NCBI GenBank assembly: GCA_051294375.1
Contig: CM119268.1
Span: 15,059,897 to 15,123,896 of the forward strand
Origin: Paraspadella gotoi
Taxonomy: Eukaryota; Animalia; Chaetognatha
Length of the DNA stretch: 64,000 bases
Reading direction: 5' to 3'
A program made the translations under genes and the position numbers. The notes under the pieces are model-generated. The model did no database searches. It saw nothing but the letters and a program-made list of their open reading frames with translations, and was not told the origin of the DNA. Positions 51,703 through 64,000 of the stretch are shown one piece after another (the first letter of the stretch is position 1; each line of letters starts with the position of its first letter).

Positions 51703-53047
51703 TTTTTCTACTGCGCGTGAGCCGCAGTTTTATTTTCTTTTTAAGAAACATTTCGCTTTTGAATTTAAACTTTTTCGTAATTAATTTTGAGTGACAAAGC
51801 TGATGAAGTATAAATTCCAATAATAGATTTCTTTGTCTCGCGTTAGTTTAGTTAATGTGTTTGTTTGGTAAATTTTTTTGGTTTTTTTTTTTAGTTAAAC
51901 TCATCGAATATTAAAAATTCGATCTCGAAAAGTTCCCAAAAGTCGAAATCGGGACGAGGGCAGTGATACGGCGTCCATTGTATGTCTGACAAATCCATGG
52001 CAAGGGCTTCAGTGAGTTACGTTCGATACAATTAATAAATATCGGAGATGCAAAGCCTCAGATTTAGCGTTCTTTCTCGGAACTACCATAGTACATAAAA
52101 CAGAAGCATTGGATTGATAGAAAAGGAGAAACAGTGGTCAACAGCAACGTTTAAGAGTTAATTAGACTGAAATTCAATATCGTTTAAAAATAATATTCTT
52201 ATTATTAATATATTAATAATATCATTATTATTAATATATGCTAAGGTATATGTATGTTAAATAGTTTCATACATTCCACAAAAAAAAACAATGTAAAGAA
52301 GTTTCATTTTTTTTTAATTCTGAAAATACTAACCTAAATTATACATCAATTTGAAACGTGCCACACGAAGGTCGGTATACCGCGCTTACATCCAACTTCA
52401 AAGATTGAGATGCGAGCAAACTTCGCTTGAATTTATTATTTGCCTTCCGCAAAAGTTACGTAACTTAGACATATATATATTTATATGTATATTGTTTATT
52501 TCAATTAATGATAAACTAATTCTTTTAATCATGATTGAACATTCATGTTGACTACTGTATATATTTTAAATATGTTTTATAAATATCAAATAAATAATGA
52601 AAGCATTATTGAGGAAGGGATCTTAATAAATAAATTTGGCAATTTACGAGATTTAATCGATTGTAAAAAAATATTATAAATTAAAAACAAGACGAAAGAA
52701 ATTTACAAGAATATCACGATTTTATTTCAAATCACTGCCACAGGATGTTTTAACGGTAATGCTTTTACACACTGCGACTGGTCTCACAACTTGTTTGCAA
52801 CAAAATATGAACATCGCTTTGTAAAAAAGCGCTGTATATCTATCATTAGGTAATTGGATGCCTCTCTAAGAAAGCGGCTTTAATTCGCCAAAAAAATAAA
52901 AGATTGGGAGGAAAAAAGAAAAAATTTAGGTAAATTAAGAAAAAAAAAAAACAAAAACAAAAAAATCGTAATATTTGGCTAAGGAAGTAGAACAAATTAA
53001 TGTATATAATATTTTTCACTATAAAGACTACGATCAGGAGTGAAATA

Positions 53048-54757
53048 TCAGCTCGAACAAGATTGTGAGTTTATGGTGGACGCGACGTCATCTTTCGTGG
53101 CGTCGGCGTCGGCAGGGGCGTCGGCAGGGGCGTCGGCAACGGCGGCGTCTCCAGCGTCGATTTCATCGCCCGTCGTCTCTTGTTCGTCTCTTCGACCACC
53201 GGCGTCGCCGTTCGCGTCTTCCGGTTTGAATCGTTCGCCATTGGGTTGATCGTGGTCTGCGCCGAAGCCAAGCTCATAATTAATTAATTATAACTCTCTT
53301 TGTACTATCGAATCCGGTATTGTAATGATCATTTTTAAAAAAATGACAAAAGGGCGAAGACCTGTGATTTTAATCTCAATCGGCGACAAAGGCAGTGGCT
53401 TCTGAGCCTCATCGAGGTCGTCGTCGTCGTCGTCGTCCTTATTCTCGTCGTCGACATCGTTGTTGGCGCGGCATTTGACGCCTCGATGACGTTGCGCTAC
53501 GACTCGCTTCCGGTGAAGGACGGTGGCGACGCCGGCGACAATTACGAGGATGACCATTAGCGGAGTTCCGACGATCGTCGCTAGGAGGCCGGGGTCGATA
53601 AACCGGTCCTGACATCTGACGGTTGTTTCAAATATATATTTTTTTTACCATTGGGTTACATTTCATCAACTGTACATTTAACCGATTTGACCTCTTTCCC
53701 ACGAATTTGGGATGGCACTCGCAGAAATGTTCGGAGAGGCTCGTGTTGTCGTGTGACCAGTGATTCTGCAGGCAGGTGCCTCCATTCAGGCAAAAGTGAT
53801 CTCTTAAGCTAAGATGGGACAGGTGAGAGGGAAAAATAGATATTACTTAAAAGTTGAATTTATCCCCAGCGACTAAGATGAAGCAACAACTACGACTAAA
53901 TTTACGACGTTATCTCCAACTAATTGCTTATTCAAAAGTGCAAAGCGAACAAAAGAGCAACCGGTTTGACCGGAACCTGAAGACCAAAAGAGTAACATTA
54001 ACTTTTACGTAAACACTAACTGACGTCTTGTTGGCGCATTTGACGTAGCGGATGTCGAAGGGCTTTCTCGTCGTCACGTCCGAAGGTTCTGGAGTCGGGG
54101 GCGAAGTCGGAGGCGGTCTCGTAATTCGGACGCATCCTGAGACGGACACGAATACAAAAAGGGTCACTGTCGGTCACTGTCGACTGATGTTCAAACTCAT
54201 CTGGACAGAGGCAGAGATTTGATTCGTGTGAGTCCAAAATAATAAAAAAGAGTAGGCTGGTCAACTATTTGACTTTCGGTCGTAGTTCACGATTTAGGTA
54301 AGTTCAAGAGTCGTTAAGGTTGTTGTCGTTGTTGTCACCAAATAATTCATTTAATAAATAAGCTATTTTGCTCACGACGTTGGGCAGGCTATGGTACTTA
54401 AAGGCCTCCATCACTCGTACAAGATAATATATATTATTTAACACAAAAATTCAAAAAATCTACGATTAAGCAACAAACATCGCGAAACTATTTTAAATCA
54501 TGTCATGTGTATCCATTATTAAACTGAATGACTTAAGTGGTTGATGAATGACAAGATTAAGAGACCGACGCAGGAATAAAGTGGTCTATACTGTATATTG
54601 TATAATGTTTATAATTATACATATATATATATTATTTTTAAAGATAGGATACTTCCCCCGTCTCGAATATCGTTCTACCTTCGCAGATGAAGGGAAACAC
54701 GGAGAGGAACAACACGGTCAGTTCAATTTCACTGTTGATCTTGTTACGCTTAAACAT
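53048..54757 (-). CDS. Single-EGF type I membrane protein, Spitz/Keren/TGF-alpha-like EGFR ligand; exons 54757-54679, 54136-54025, 53802-53692, 53615-~53362, ~53256-53048
   Basis: Signal-like LTVLFLSVFPFICEG, Pro/Thr stalk, EGF motif CANKTDHFCLNGGTC..HFCECHPKFVGKRC (CX7CX5C..CXCX8C with GxRC), transmembrane helix LLATIVGTPLMVILVIVAGVATVL, basic stop-transfer HRKR and an acidic tail. Confidence 0.82.
54340..54430 (-). repeat. Dispersed repeat, partial copy in EGF-ligand intron 1
   Basis: The reverse complement TATCTTGTACGAGTGATGGAGGCCTT..ATAGCTTATTTATTAAATGAAT matches ~37940-38021. Confidence 0.7.
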
Positions 54758-55190
54758 GATAGAGAAAAATCCAGTTTTTTTTGAAAAATCGGAAGATTTT
54801 TTTTTTCGATTTTTGATTTCCCCTTAATATCGGATTCGTTTTTTTTCGATTTGGGTGGACAGTTTAATGATCTTCCTCGCCAATTTATTTTCTTGCCCGC
54901 GCTTTGTTGTATAGAAAAAAATGTAAAATTTTTGGGATTCTTTTAATTTGATATTTTTTTTTGCTTTCAGTAGTTGTCCCCGTAATTGTCGGCTTCGCCG
55001 GCGTCTCGAGGAGCAGGTGCGAGGAAGATGCCCTTCTCTGTCTCCATCTCGCTCCATTGCACATTTCCGTTCCACGGTTTCTTCATGACGGACCTCGGAA
55101 GGGTACACGATACGGAAGAAGAAGGTTGCATGTTATCTCTTCAATTTCCAAAACGAAAGAAAATAAAGGGGGATGAGATTTGAGAGCTAG

Positions 55191-55318
<128 letters not shown>

Positions 55319-56426
55319 CGAAACGATCTTTTATTTTTTTGATGTTGAAAATTAGAACGCCAGAAACCGATGATGATGATGATGATGAACACGACGAAGA
55401 GGATGTTATTTTGGACGTCGAGAACGAAGACGATAACGCCGGCGACGACGACGACGACGACGATCGCTCGCCCGACGACGACGATTAGTCTTCTTCTGTT
55501 GTAAGAATCTCGCCTCGCTTCCTGCGCTGAGGCTCCTCGGTCCGATCTTCCAAAATCCAGAATTTCATTTTTTTGTCGCTTATTCTAGGAATTTGGCTGA
55601 GCAAGGACACAAAAACAAATCTCTCTCTCTCTCTCTCCCTCCAGGGCAGCGTCGGAGGCCGCGGCATGAGCCGACTGCCCGTGTTTGCTCACCTCTCTCA
55701 CTCTCTCTCACATCTCTCACTCGGGCTCTCTCCTCTCTATTCGGCGCTCTCTCGCTTCTCATCCTCTCTCTCTTCCTGCTCTTCGTTCGCATCATTCCCT
55801 CGGTCGTGTTCTCATCTCATGCCGCATCTCTCTCTCTCTCTTCAAGTCAATCCCACATAAATATACACGCAAAAAAACATCAACGTACACAATTACGATC
55901 AAATGTTAGGGTTTATGAAGAGAAATTGGTTTTGTTATTTTTTTTTCTCGTTATTATATTTTTTGTTTTCTGAGCTCTTGTTAAAAAAATGTTCTTTTAT
56001 AGCCACTGACAACAAATTTAGCGTTCAAGTTTGCATTAATGTCAAGAGGAGACGTTCTCCTCCATTAAAAAAGATCTTCTTCGTTTTTTTTTATTTGTTT
56101 GTTTACATTGCGCTCGAATTTACGTCGGCAATAAACGGCCGAACCTAAGATAAGAACTTCATTATTAACTAAATTATGTCGGCTAGGAGAAGTAGTTGAA
56201 TTGTAAAAAACAATTTTTATTTATTTTTAAGATAACATTTTTTTTTAAGTCGAAAAAGATAAGTTATAGTTGAAATTACTAATGATTTATTTCCATAGAC
56301 GGCTTTGGAAACAAAGACAGCGAAAATGTAAGAATTATGAGTTCCACGCTTTTATAGCAACTCAGAGATTGAACGCGTTCCTTCGCGAAAAAGGAAACGT
56401 GCCATAAAGAGAGAGAGAGAGAGACA

Positions 56427-56564
<138 letters not shown>

Positions 56565-57564
56565 ATAAGTGACACTCATGTGAGCTCGAATTCTAATTTT
56601 TCAAACCTATACTTTACTACTATAGGATGATCGCTCAAGCGACCGACTGACCGTCATACTCCTTAATAGACTCTTTTTGTGAATCCGCTTTGTGAGGTGA
56701 CCGTAGCGACGCCCAAACGGAAGTCAACCGAACGAAGAAATTGTTTGCCTTGGGATTTTTCCGATTTTTTTCTTCTTTTTTTTACTTTTTTTTCCGTCTT
56801 CGTCCATCACGAAATCCCCGGATTTTCTCCTTATTTGGGCAAAGAAAACTGGGAAGAGATGTGAACTTCTGGTGAATCTCTGGCGACGAGTCATCACGCC
56901 GGGGTGACTAATTCATTCTTCATATTCTTCCATATTTCCCCTTGTTCCGTGCGACGACGAAGCTGAGAGGTTGTTGCTTGCGGTCGTCATGACAACGGGG
57001 AAGCGAAGGCGGCAGCGAAGGTAGATGACTACGACGACGCCGACGACGACGATGCCGATGATGATGGAAACTGGATATTTGCCCAGTCTTGACGCAGAGG
57101 ATAAAACAGAAACGAAAATTTGAAAAAGTTTTCAGTTCATTCTGGTTATATATTTTTTTAAGTCGACTATGAATTAATTTGTAAAGTTAAGCATTTTTCT
57201 CAACCCATCAATTTTTACAAATGATCTAACGGCAACTTCACTAACTTTTCTCTCCTTTTCAACCGTTTTTTTTTGTTTTAATGAAATCCTGTCTGATTTA
57301 TGCAAAATATCTAGACTTTTTTTTTTGATTTGAGGTTAAAATAAGAAGACGGGAAAATAAACCGGAAAAACCGCAGCGTTGCGCCAATTTTTCGCAGAGT
57401 ACAACTTTGATGGTTGAGGTAACCAAAGGACAGTTGCGATTGCTGGCGGAAATTTTGGTTCTAAAACGTGAAATACATTTTTTTCGCGGAGGCTAATTTT
57501 TAAAAATAAAATTTTTTCCCGTTTCACTCTTGTCTTTATTGTTTTTTTTTTTCTGGCGGGGAGA

Positions 57565-57646
<82 letters not shown>

Positions 57647-57800
57647 TTCGTGATATAAAAAAAGCAAGTAAACAGCTTCATGTCGTAAATAAATAAATAT
57701 TAATGATAATTTTTTAGGTCAGATTAATGTGCACTCCTTCACAGGATTTTACTAGGGAGCAAATTTATGCTTCGAAAAAATTGTGACTCTCAATTTCTAT

Positions 57801-57876
<76 letters not shown>

Positions 57877-59012
57877 TCTCTCTCTCTCTCTCTCTCTCTG
57901 GTCTCTAGTTTTGTTAAAAGAACACCAAACCGGAGGATTAACGAGTCTATAAAAAATGAAACAAATCGCCGACGATCCTCGTTCCGCTTATGAATTTTTG
58001 GAACAAAATCTAAAAAAAAGTTTAACTTTTTGATGTATTTTGTTTTGTTTTGTTTTGTTTTGTTTTATTTTGTTTTGTTCCGTTTAGTTAAATTCTATTT
58101 CCTTCTATTCTGTAATTCTCACCGCAATCCTTGACGTGAAGTAATCGTCACAAGTCACCACACAGTTTATTTTTTCAGCGATACTTCTAGTAAAACTAAA
58201 TATGCATTATGCAATATATTTATTTCTTAAGAAATGTATAGATTAAGACGATCTGTCTTTGGCAAAAATCTCACACGCAAAGGCGCGCCAGCTGGAAGCG
58301 CTTTCACTCACTCGATTCGAATATTCTCCCATTTTCGAAATCATATTTTACGTCAACCACATCAATGACAGCAACCGTCGCTCCCTTGTCATCTTTCTCT
58401 ACATCACTGTCAGCCCGATCTTCAGTGTTATCGTCAGCGTTTTTTTTATCACGACGAACTTCTCGGATATATATATCTGTCTTTCATCTTTGCCGAGTTC
58501 TCTATCGACGTTGTTGTAGGCTTTTTTTTTGGGGGGGGGGTCGGCTTCGTCGTCTTCCTCGTTGACTCTCGATCGATCGGCGTCTTCGCTTGACTCCATC
58601 CCGTCGAATCGAAGATCGAATTCTGGGATAAAATTACCATCTAAGGCTTCGGGATATTTACGGCTTAAGGTCAAGGATCAGATATCGATTTCGCAAAGGA
58701 GATATATTTATTTCAAGATGTATCAACTCACAAATCAGTTTAGAAATACGACGTACAGTTTATGATTTGTTTTATTTATTTATTGATTTATTGATTTATT
58801 GATTTATTGATTTATTAACTGCCAAGACCATAGATGGATTTAATCATACTTTAAACGCCGAGGATATATCCCGATAAACGTTCACCTGAATCAAGGTGAA
58901 CAGTTACTGATGTCAAATTTTGTTTAAAAAAAAGCATGTCGAACTAAAGTACCTCAAAAGGTATAAATGAATATCATCGACATCCTGGTGTACAACCAAC
59001 GATCGTTAAAAA

Positions 59013-59065
<53 letters not shown>

Positions 59066-59996
59066 CAGTTGTCCACCAAACATCATCAACTCTGAAGAAA
59101 CACAGCCGCACAAGTTTGCTACTCGGTTTATTTTTTTTCTTTCTACGAAGTCGAGGTTTCGCGTTTTCAGTTTTTTTTCCCAGCGGATCCGATCGTTTTG
59201 GGGGAAAAAAAATTTCTGAATTACTAATTAGTATAAGTTCTCTCGTCGCTTAACTTATTTTTCTTTCTCAAATCAACAAAAGAAAAAAAAGTATCTTCTT
59301 TCATTTCTCAAATAGTAAACATTTTTTTATTTGAAAAACGAATTGGATTTATTGCCATAAGTTCTGCGTTTTTTCCAAAACGTAACGCTTTGTTTTTTTG
59401 TTTTTTGGTTTTTTGGTTCGGCCGCCGGAGAGTTTTAAATGTCTGGAATTTGACCGCCTCCGCGTTTTCCGTCTCTTGATTTGCGAATCTGGATTCTGGA
59501 AATGTCAACATCTTTTTCGACTCAAGACGAAACGAATTTTTTTTTACCGAGTCCCACTTTTCCAACTCTTCGCTTTATTAATTCGTCTCTTTTTCCAGGA
59601 AATTCGAATAAAAACTAATCAAAAGTACGTACAATACATCAACATCGATTTTTATACATTTTGTTAGCTTTTAGACGATTATACGATATTAGGAGTTTAC
59701 CGTCTTTGCTATTTTTTGACTTTCATTTCATTGAATTCATCTCTTGACATCTTGGGAGGAAAAATATCCTTCAACGTCGACAACCCGAGTCAATTTTCTT
59801 TCTTTCTCTTTTCTCTTTAACTTTTTCCGTCTGCAAACAGTTTTTTATTTTCTGCCCCAAAAAAAAAGACGAGGATCAGAGATGTCAACTTTTTCCCGCT
59901 GCCAGAATGTCAAGGAGAATTAGGATATAAATGTCATTCTAGTATCTTTCATTCTGAACATTTTGTTGTATTTGGTTAAGGTTCTCCCTCGCTTTC

Positions 59997-60039
<43 letters not shown>

Positions 60040-60177
60040 GTATGAGTAAATAATTATAGTAATTATAGTAGTTTTTGAGTAAGTCTGGGGTTAAAATCCG
60101 ATTGTTGTTGTTTTAGTTTCTTAGCGAAACCAGGTCGGCGGTGATCAACTCATCGCTTTTCTGGGCCGCAATATATC

Positions 60178-60264
<87 letters not shown>

Positions 60265-60705
60265 CGAATCTAGTTCAACCCTTAGTAAACAAAACTCGGT
60301 TTCTCTTCGATGTTTTTTTTATTCTTCTTCCAGGATTTTCGCCGGAATTAAAATCGTTGACCTCACGGTGGACCGGAATCTCTCGCGTTCCGCTCCCATT
60401 ATTTTTTTTGTCTCTCTCTCTCTCTCGCGTTCCTTTCCCTTTTTCCATTCAGTTCCTTCAAATTCTATTTTTTCGTGCGCCTTTTTTTCGGGTTCTGCTT
60501 TTTTTTTTTTGGCTTAAGTTTCTGTGCAGATCTTTCTTCGTTTACTTTTTCCCATTTTGTATTTTAACAGCGAAATTTCTGCCTCACGGTTTTCTTATAT
60601 TTGGTTTCTTCATGACGTATGTCTTGGAAAAAAGTTTTGGGTCAATTATCCTCAAAAAAAAAAGGAATAGAAGCAAAAACAATGAACTCGTTCATTTAAT
60701 TTGAG

Positions 60706-60807
<102 letters not shown>

Positions 60808-61014
60808 GCCTATTTGGGGCAGAGGTTGATTCACATTCCTAATTTAATACAACGAGAGCCACTTTCCCTTTCGGTGCCGATGACCGCCCCCCTAGGATCG
60901 ACGACGACGACGACGACGACGAAAAAGACCGTTTGCCCCTTAGACCCTTAGTGACCGCTCGATTGCCTCCAAATTTTCGGGGGGCGGAGAGAGTTTCTTG
61001 CCAACGACGAAGAG

Positions 61015-61131
61015 GACGACGACGAAGTGAAGGACGATGATGACGACGACGAAGTGAAGGACGATGATGACGACGACGAAGTGAAGGACGATGATGACGA
61101 CGACGAAGTGAAGGACGATGATGACGACGAT
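61015..61131. repeat. 27-bp tandem repeat x4
   Basis: GACGACGACGAAGTGAAGGACGATGAT repeated head to tail with no spacers. Confidence 0.9.
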
Positions 61132-61512
61132 TAATTCGATGAAGATGACGAATAGAATTTTGGGCCGATCTGTCGGTCAATCTATCTAAAATTGCGGAAA
61201 ATGATGCTATTTTTATATAAAAATCGTTGAAATACAGATTCCGGAACATTGATGAGCGAGACTAATAAAAGGGTATAATTGTCCCTAATACGTATTAAGA
61301 TAACACTGAAAATAAATTCTAATAATTGTGTAAAGGTAAATGATTTCAAATTTCCCCTTTTTATCCTTGACTGAAGGCACACTTTCCGTCTTGATCTTGT
61401 TAAAAAGATGACAAAGACGAATTCAAAGACGATGACGAATTAAAGGTTGTGAACACGAAAAGACGCTGGCTTTGATGCTCGTTTGTCTTAATTTAATTAT
61501 TGTTTTTTTTAA

Positions 61513-61556
<44 letters not shown>

Positions 61557-62222
61557 TTAACTCCCTCCCAAACAGACATTGAACTAACCTTTCTTTTTTC
61601 AATGACCTAATTTGGTCCGTTGATACAGTTTAGTTTTTTAACTAATATAATCGTTCCTTTCAGTTTTACTGTTTTAAGGACTTAATTCTAAAAAAAAGAC
61701 AATAAACGAAAATATTCCTATTAATTCGGTTGTTATTGTGATCGTTTGATCGTTTAGCTTAAAACGACCCAATGCTTTAACGATTAAAATCTTACGTCTC
61801 CAAATCTGGCCACGAAAAATCTGTTACCCGCTCTCTCTCTCTCTCTCTCTCTCTTCTCGCCAACTAACTAACTGTTGCTTTTAGAAAAGGACTTTTCTTG
61901 TGTCCTGGCGATTAAAAAGTAGAGCACGCGGGTTTTCTTTTTTCCCTTTTTTTTCATTTTAACTTCATGAGCCGTTCTTTCTTCCTCCTGCTCTTCCTCC
62001 TCTTCCTCTTCCTCCTGCTCCTCCCTCCTTCCCGTCTCAAGCAACGACGTTGTTTGCTCCGGAACCTCGCTCGCACCATGACTCTCTGGCTCGATGACTC
62101 ATCGCTGCTGGCTGAGCCTCCCTCGCCCTTGTACTATAAATATCCATATTAGGCTCGACGAAAAACGATTGCCTCAGCTTTATATGGAACAGAGTTTATC
62201 GCAGCCGGTGACAAAGAACACT

Positions 62223-62318
<96 letters not shown>

Positions 62319-63416
62319 GTTCCACGCAGATTTTGATCTGTTGCGTGTGTTATCTCCATCCTCTCATTTCTATGGTCTTCATTCTATCGACGCAGAAACA
62401 AAACAAAAGAGAATCGTCGCCTTCAGTCGCCGCAGAATTAAAAAAAATTAATAAAGAAGAAAAAAAAAATTCAAAACGAGAAAAAAATGCGAAGAATTTT
62501 TACAGCTCGGGATTTTTTTATAACTCGGACTGGCGGAGAGAAAAATGATCCTTCTCAACGCGAACCATTACGAAATAACGCCAACTTGGCCGCAATTCAA
62601 AACATGCTACGGTTTCGTGCGGACCGCGAACCTAGAGTACGCCTTGACTACGTGCTGACTTAACGTTAACCCGACTGATTTAATGTTCACCCTCGAATGC
62701 ATTGGGTGCTCTAACGTCGCTCGACTCCAGCTTAATGATTATTTTCACGTCAATATTAGTCCGTAAATGTGCGAAACCGGTTGAGCGACGATGACGAAGA
62801 CGACGACGAAAACGACGAATAATGAGACAAGATTTTCCGCTGGTTTTCACCTGTTAAAAAAAAACCTGGAAAAACCTTTAAATTTTAAATCGATCGAGGA
62901 AAAAATGGTCTTAAATATGTTTTTCGCCCTTTTGACGCTAAGGATCGATAATAACGACAACCACAAGGACGACCACGATGACTTTTTGAGGAATGTGACA
63001 GTTTTAATAATTATTTTTGTCCTTTCGCTGAAAAACAGACGCGACATGTCTTAAAAAAGTTTTAATTTTTAATAAATTTTTTGTTATCTTTTAATGCAGC
63101 TCGATCATGGAGGAATCTCAAAGGAATATCACTCCTGGCAAAAAACTCTTGGCAGAACAATGAATAAAAATACTATTTTAAAAAAATAGAAAACGGCGCA
63201 ATAACTTGAACTGAAATGCCTATGCAATTTTCGACATACACACCCTCTTTTTAAATTTTTTTTTTTCAAAACGAAAATTTAAAAAAAAAAAGAGAAAAAA
63301 CCACGAAAATACAAATTGTTGCGATTGTTGCGTGAGCCTAGTCGGCCCTTGACAGGGAAAATTCATTTCCCTGCAAGTCTGCTCGGTTGACCGTCAAAGC
63401 AGCATTTCTTTTTTGG

Positions 63417-63459
<43 letters not shown>

Positions 63460-64000
63460 ATGGTTGAGCGTTCCAAGTCCGGCGTCGTCCTTCTCCCGGG
63501 ACTCAACGACGCCGTCCGACCGTCATCCTCTCCAGCCCGTCGTTTCCCCAGAGATGAGACGCTTGACGTTCCCAAGTCCGTCGAGAACCGCGGCGGGCGT
63601 GCCTCTTCCAACACTTCGTCGACCGAGGCCGACTTTAGCGTCATCTCTTCGGCCTCAACCCAACTCGACATAAAAGCCATGCGTGACAAGAGCCGGCTCA
63701 CTCATCGCGGAGGCCTTCGCGGCCGCCGAAAGCCCACGCGGCCGGCCAAGGGCGTGACCGACGTCGGACGCGGAGCGAGAGACTCGATCGGCAGCCTCTC
63801 CGTGACCTCCGACTTTGGAAGCCGCGAATCCGGCATCTCCGAGACGATGGACTCTCCCACCGCCGAGGAGATCGTGGCGTCGTTCACGCCATCTCAAGCG
63901 ACGTTATCCACGCCCGCGGCGCCGCCCTGGCGGTCATCGCCCGCTCACGCCGCCAACGAAGGCATCGCCGCCATAATGACGTCGTCGTTCCACGGTCGCG
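63460..64000 (+). CDS. 5' part of an unidentified protein-coding gene, truncated by the window edge
   Basis: AAAATGG start followed by a GC-rich 180-codon open frame (MVERSKSGVVLLPG..SRESGISETMDSP..) with the same composition as other exons; no recognisable domain. Confidence 0.55.
   Translation, partial: MVERSKSGVVLLPGLNDAVRPSSSPARRFPRDETLDVPKSVENRGGRASSNTSSTEADFSVISSASTQLDIKAMRDKSRLTHRGGLRGRRKPTRPAKGVTDVGRGARDSIGSLSVTSDFGSRESGISETMDSPTAEEIVASFTPSQATLSTPAAPPWRSSPAHAANEGIAAIMTSSFHGR

Noticed and set aside
61015-61131. CRISPR-like array
   Set aside because: Head-to-tail 27-mer with no unique spacers and no cas genes, in eukaryotic DNA.

Overview
Draft-quality, AT-rich eukaryotic (metazoan, probably protostome invertebrate) genomic DNA. 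It has many (AG)n/(CT)n microsatellites, eight N gaps and scattered 1-bp homopolymer indels inside exons. Splicing exons by eye gives about ten intron-containing genes: a divergent tropomyosin (+), a BHLHE22/23 (Beta3/Oli) bHLH factor (-), an MFSD8-like MFS transporter (-), a TESK/Cdi kinase (+), SPAG8 (+), an orphan membrane protein (+), an SRPBCC/polyketide-cyclase-fold protein (-), a kelch plus coiled-coil protein (-), a Spitz/TGF-alpha-type EGFR ligand (-) and the start of an unidentified gene (+). The strongest non-coding signal is a ~285-nt multi-hairpin RNA-like element lying antisense in an intron and ending in a T run, which I cannot assign to a known family. Others are a ~3.15-kb inverted repeat in a TESK intron (foldback element or assembly artefact), tRNA-derived SINE-like heads and a short dispersed repeat family. 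Exon boundaries are manual, and family calls rest on remembered motifs, not database searches.
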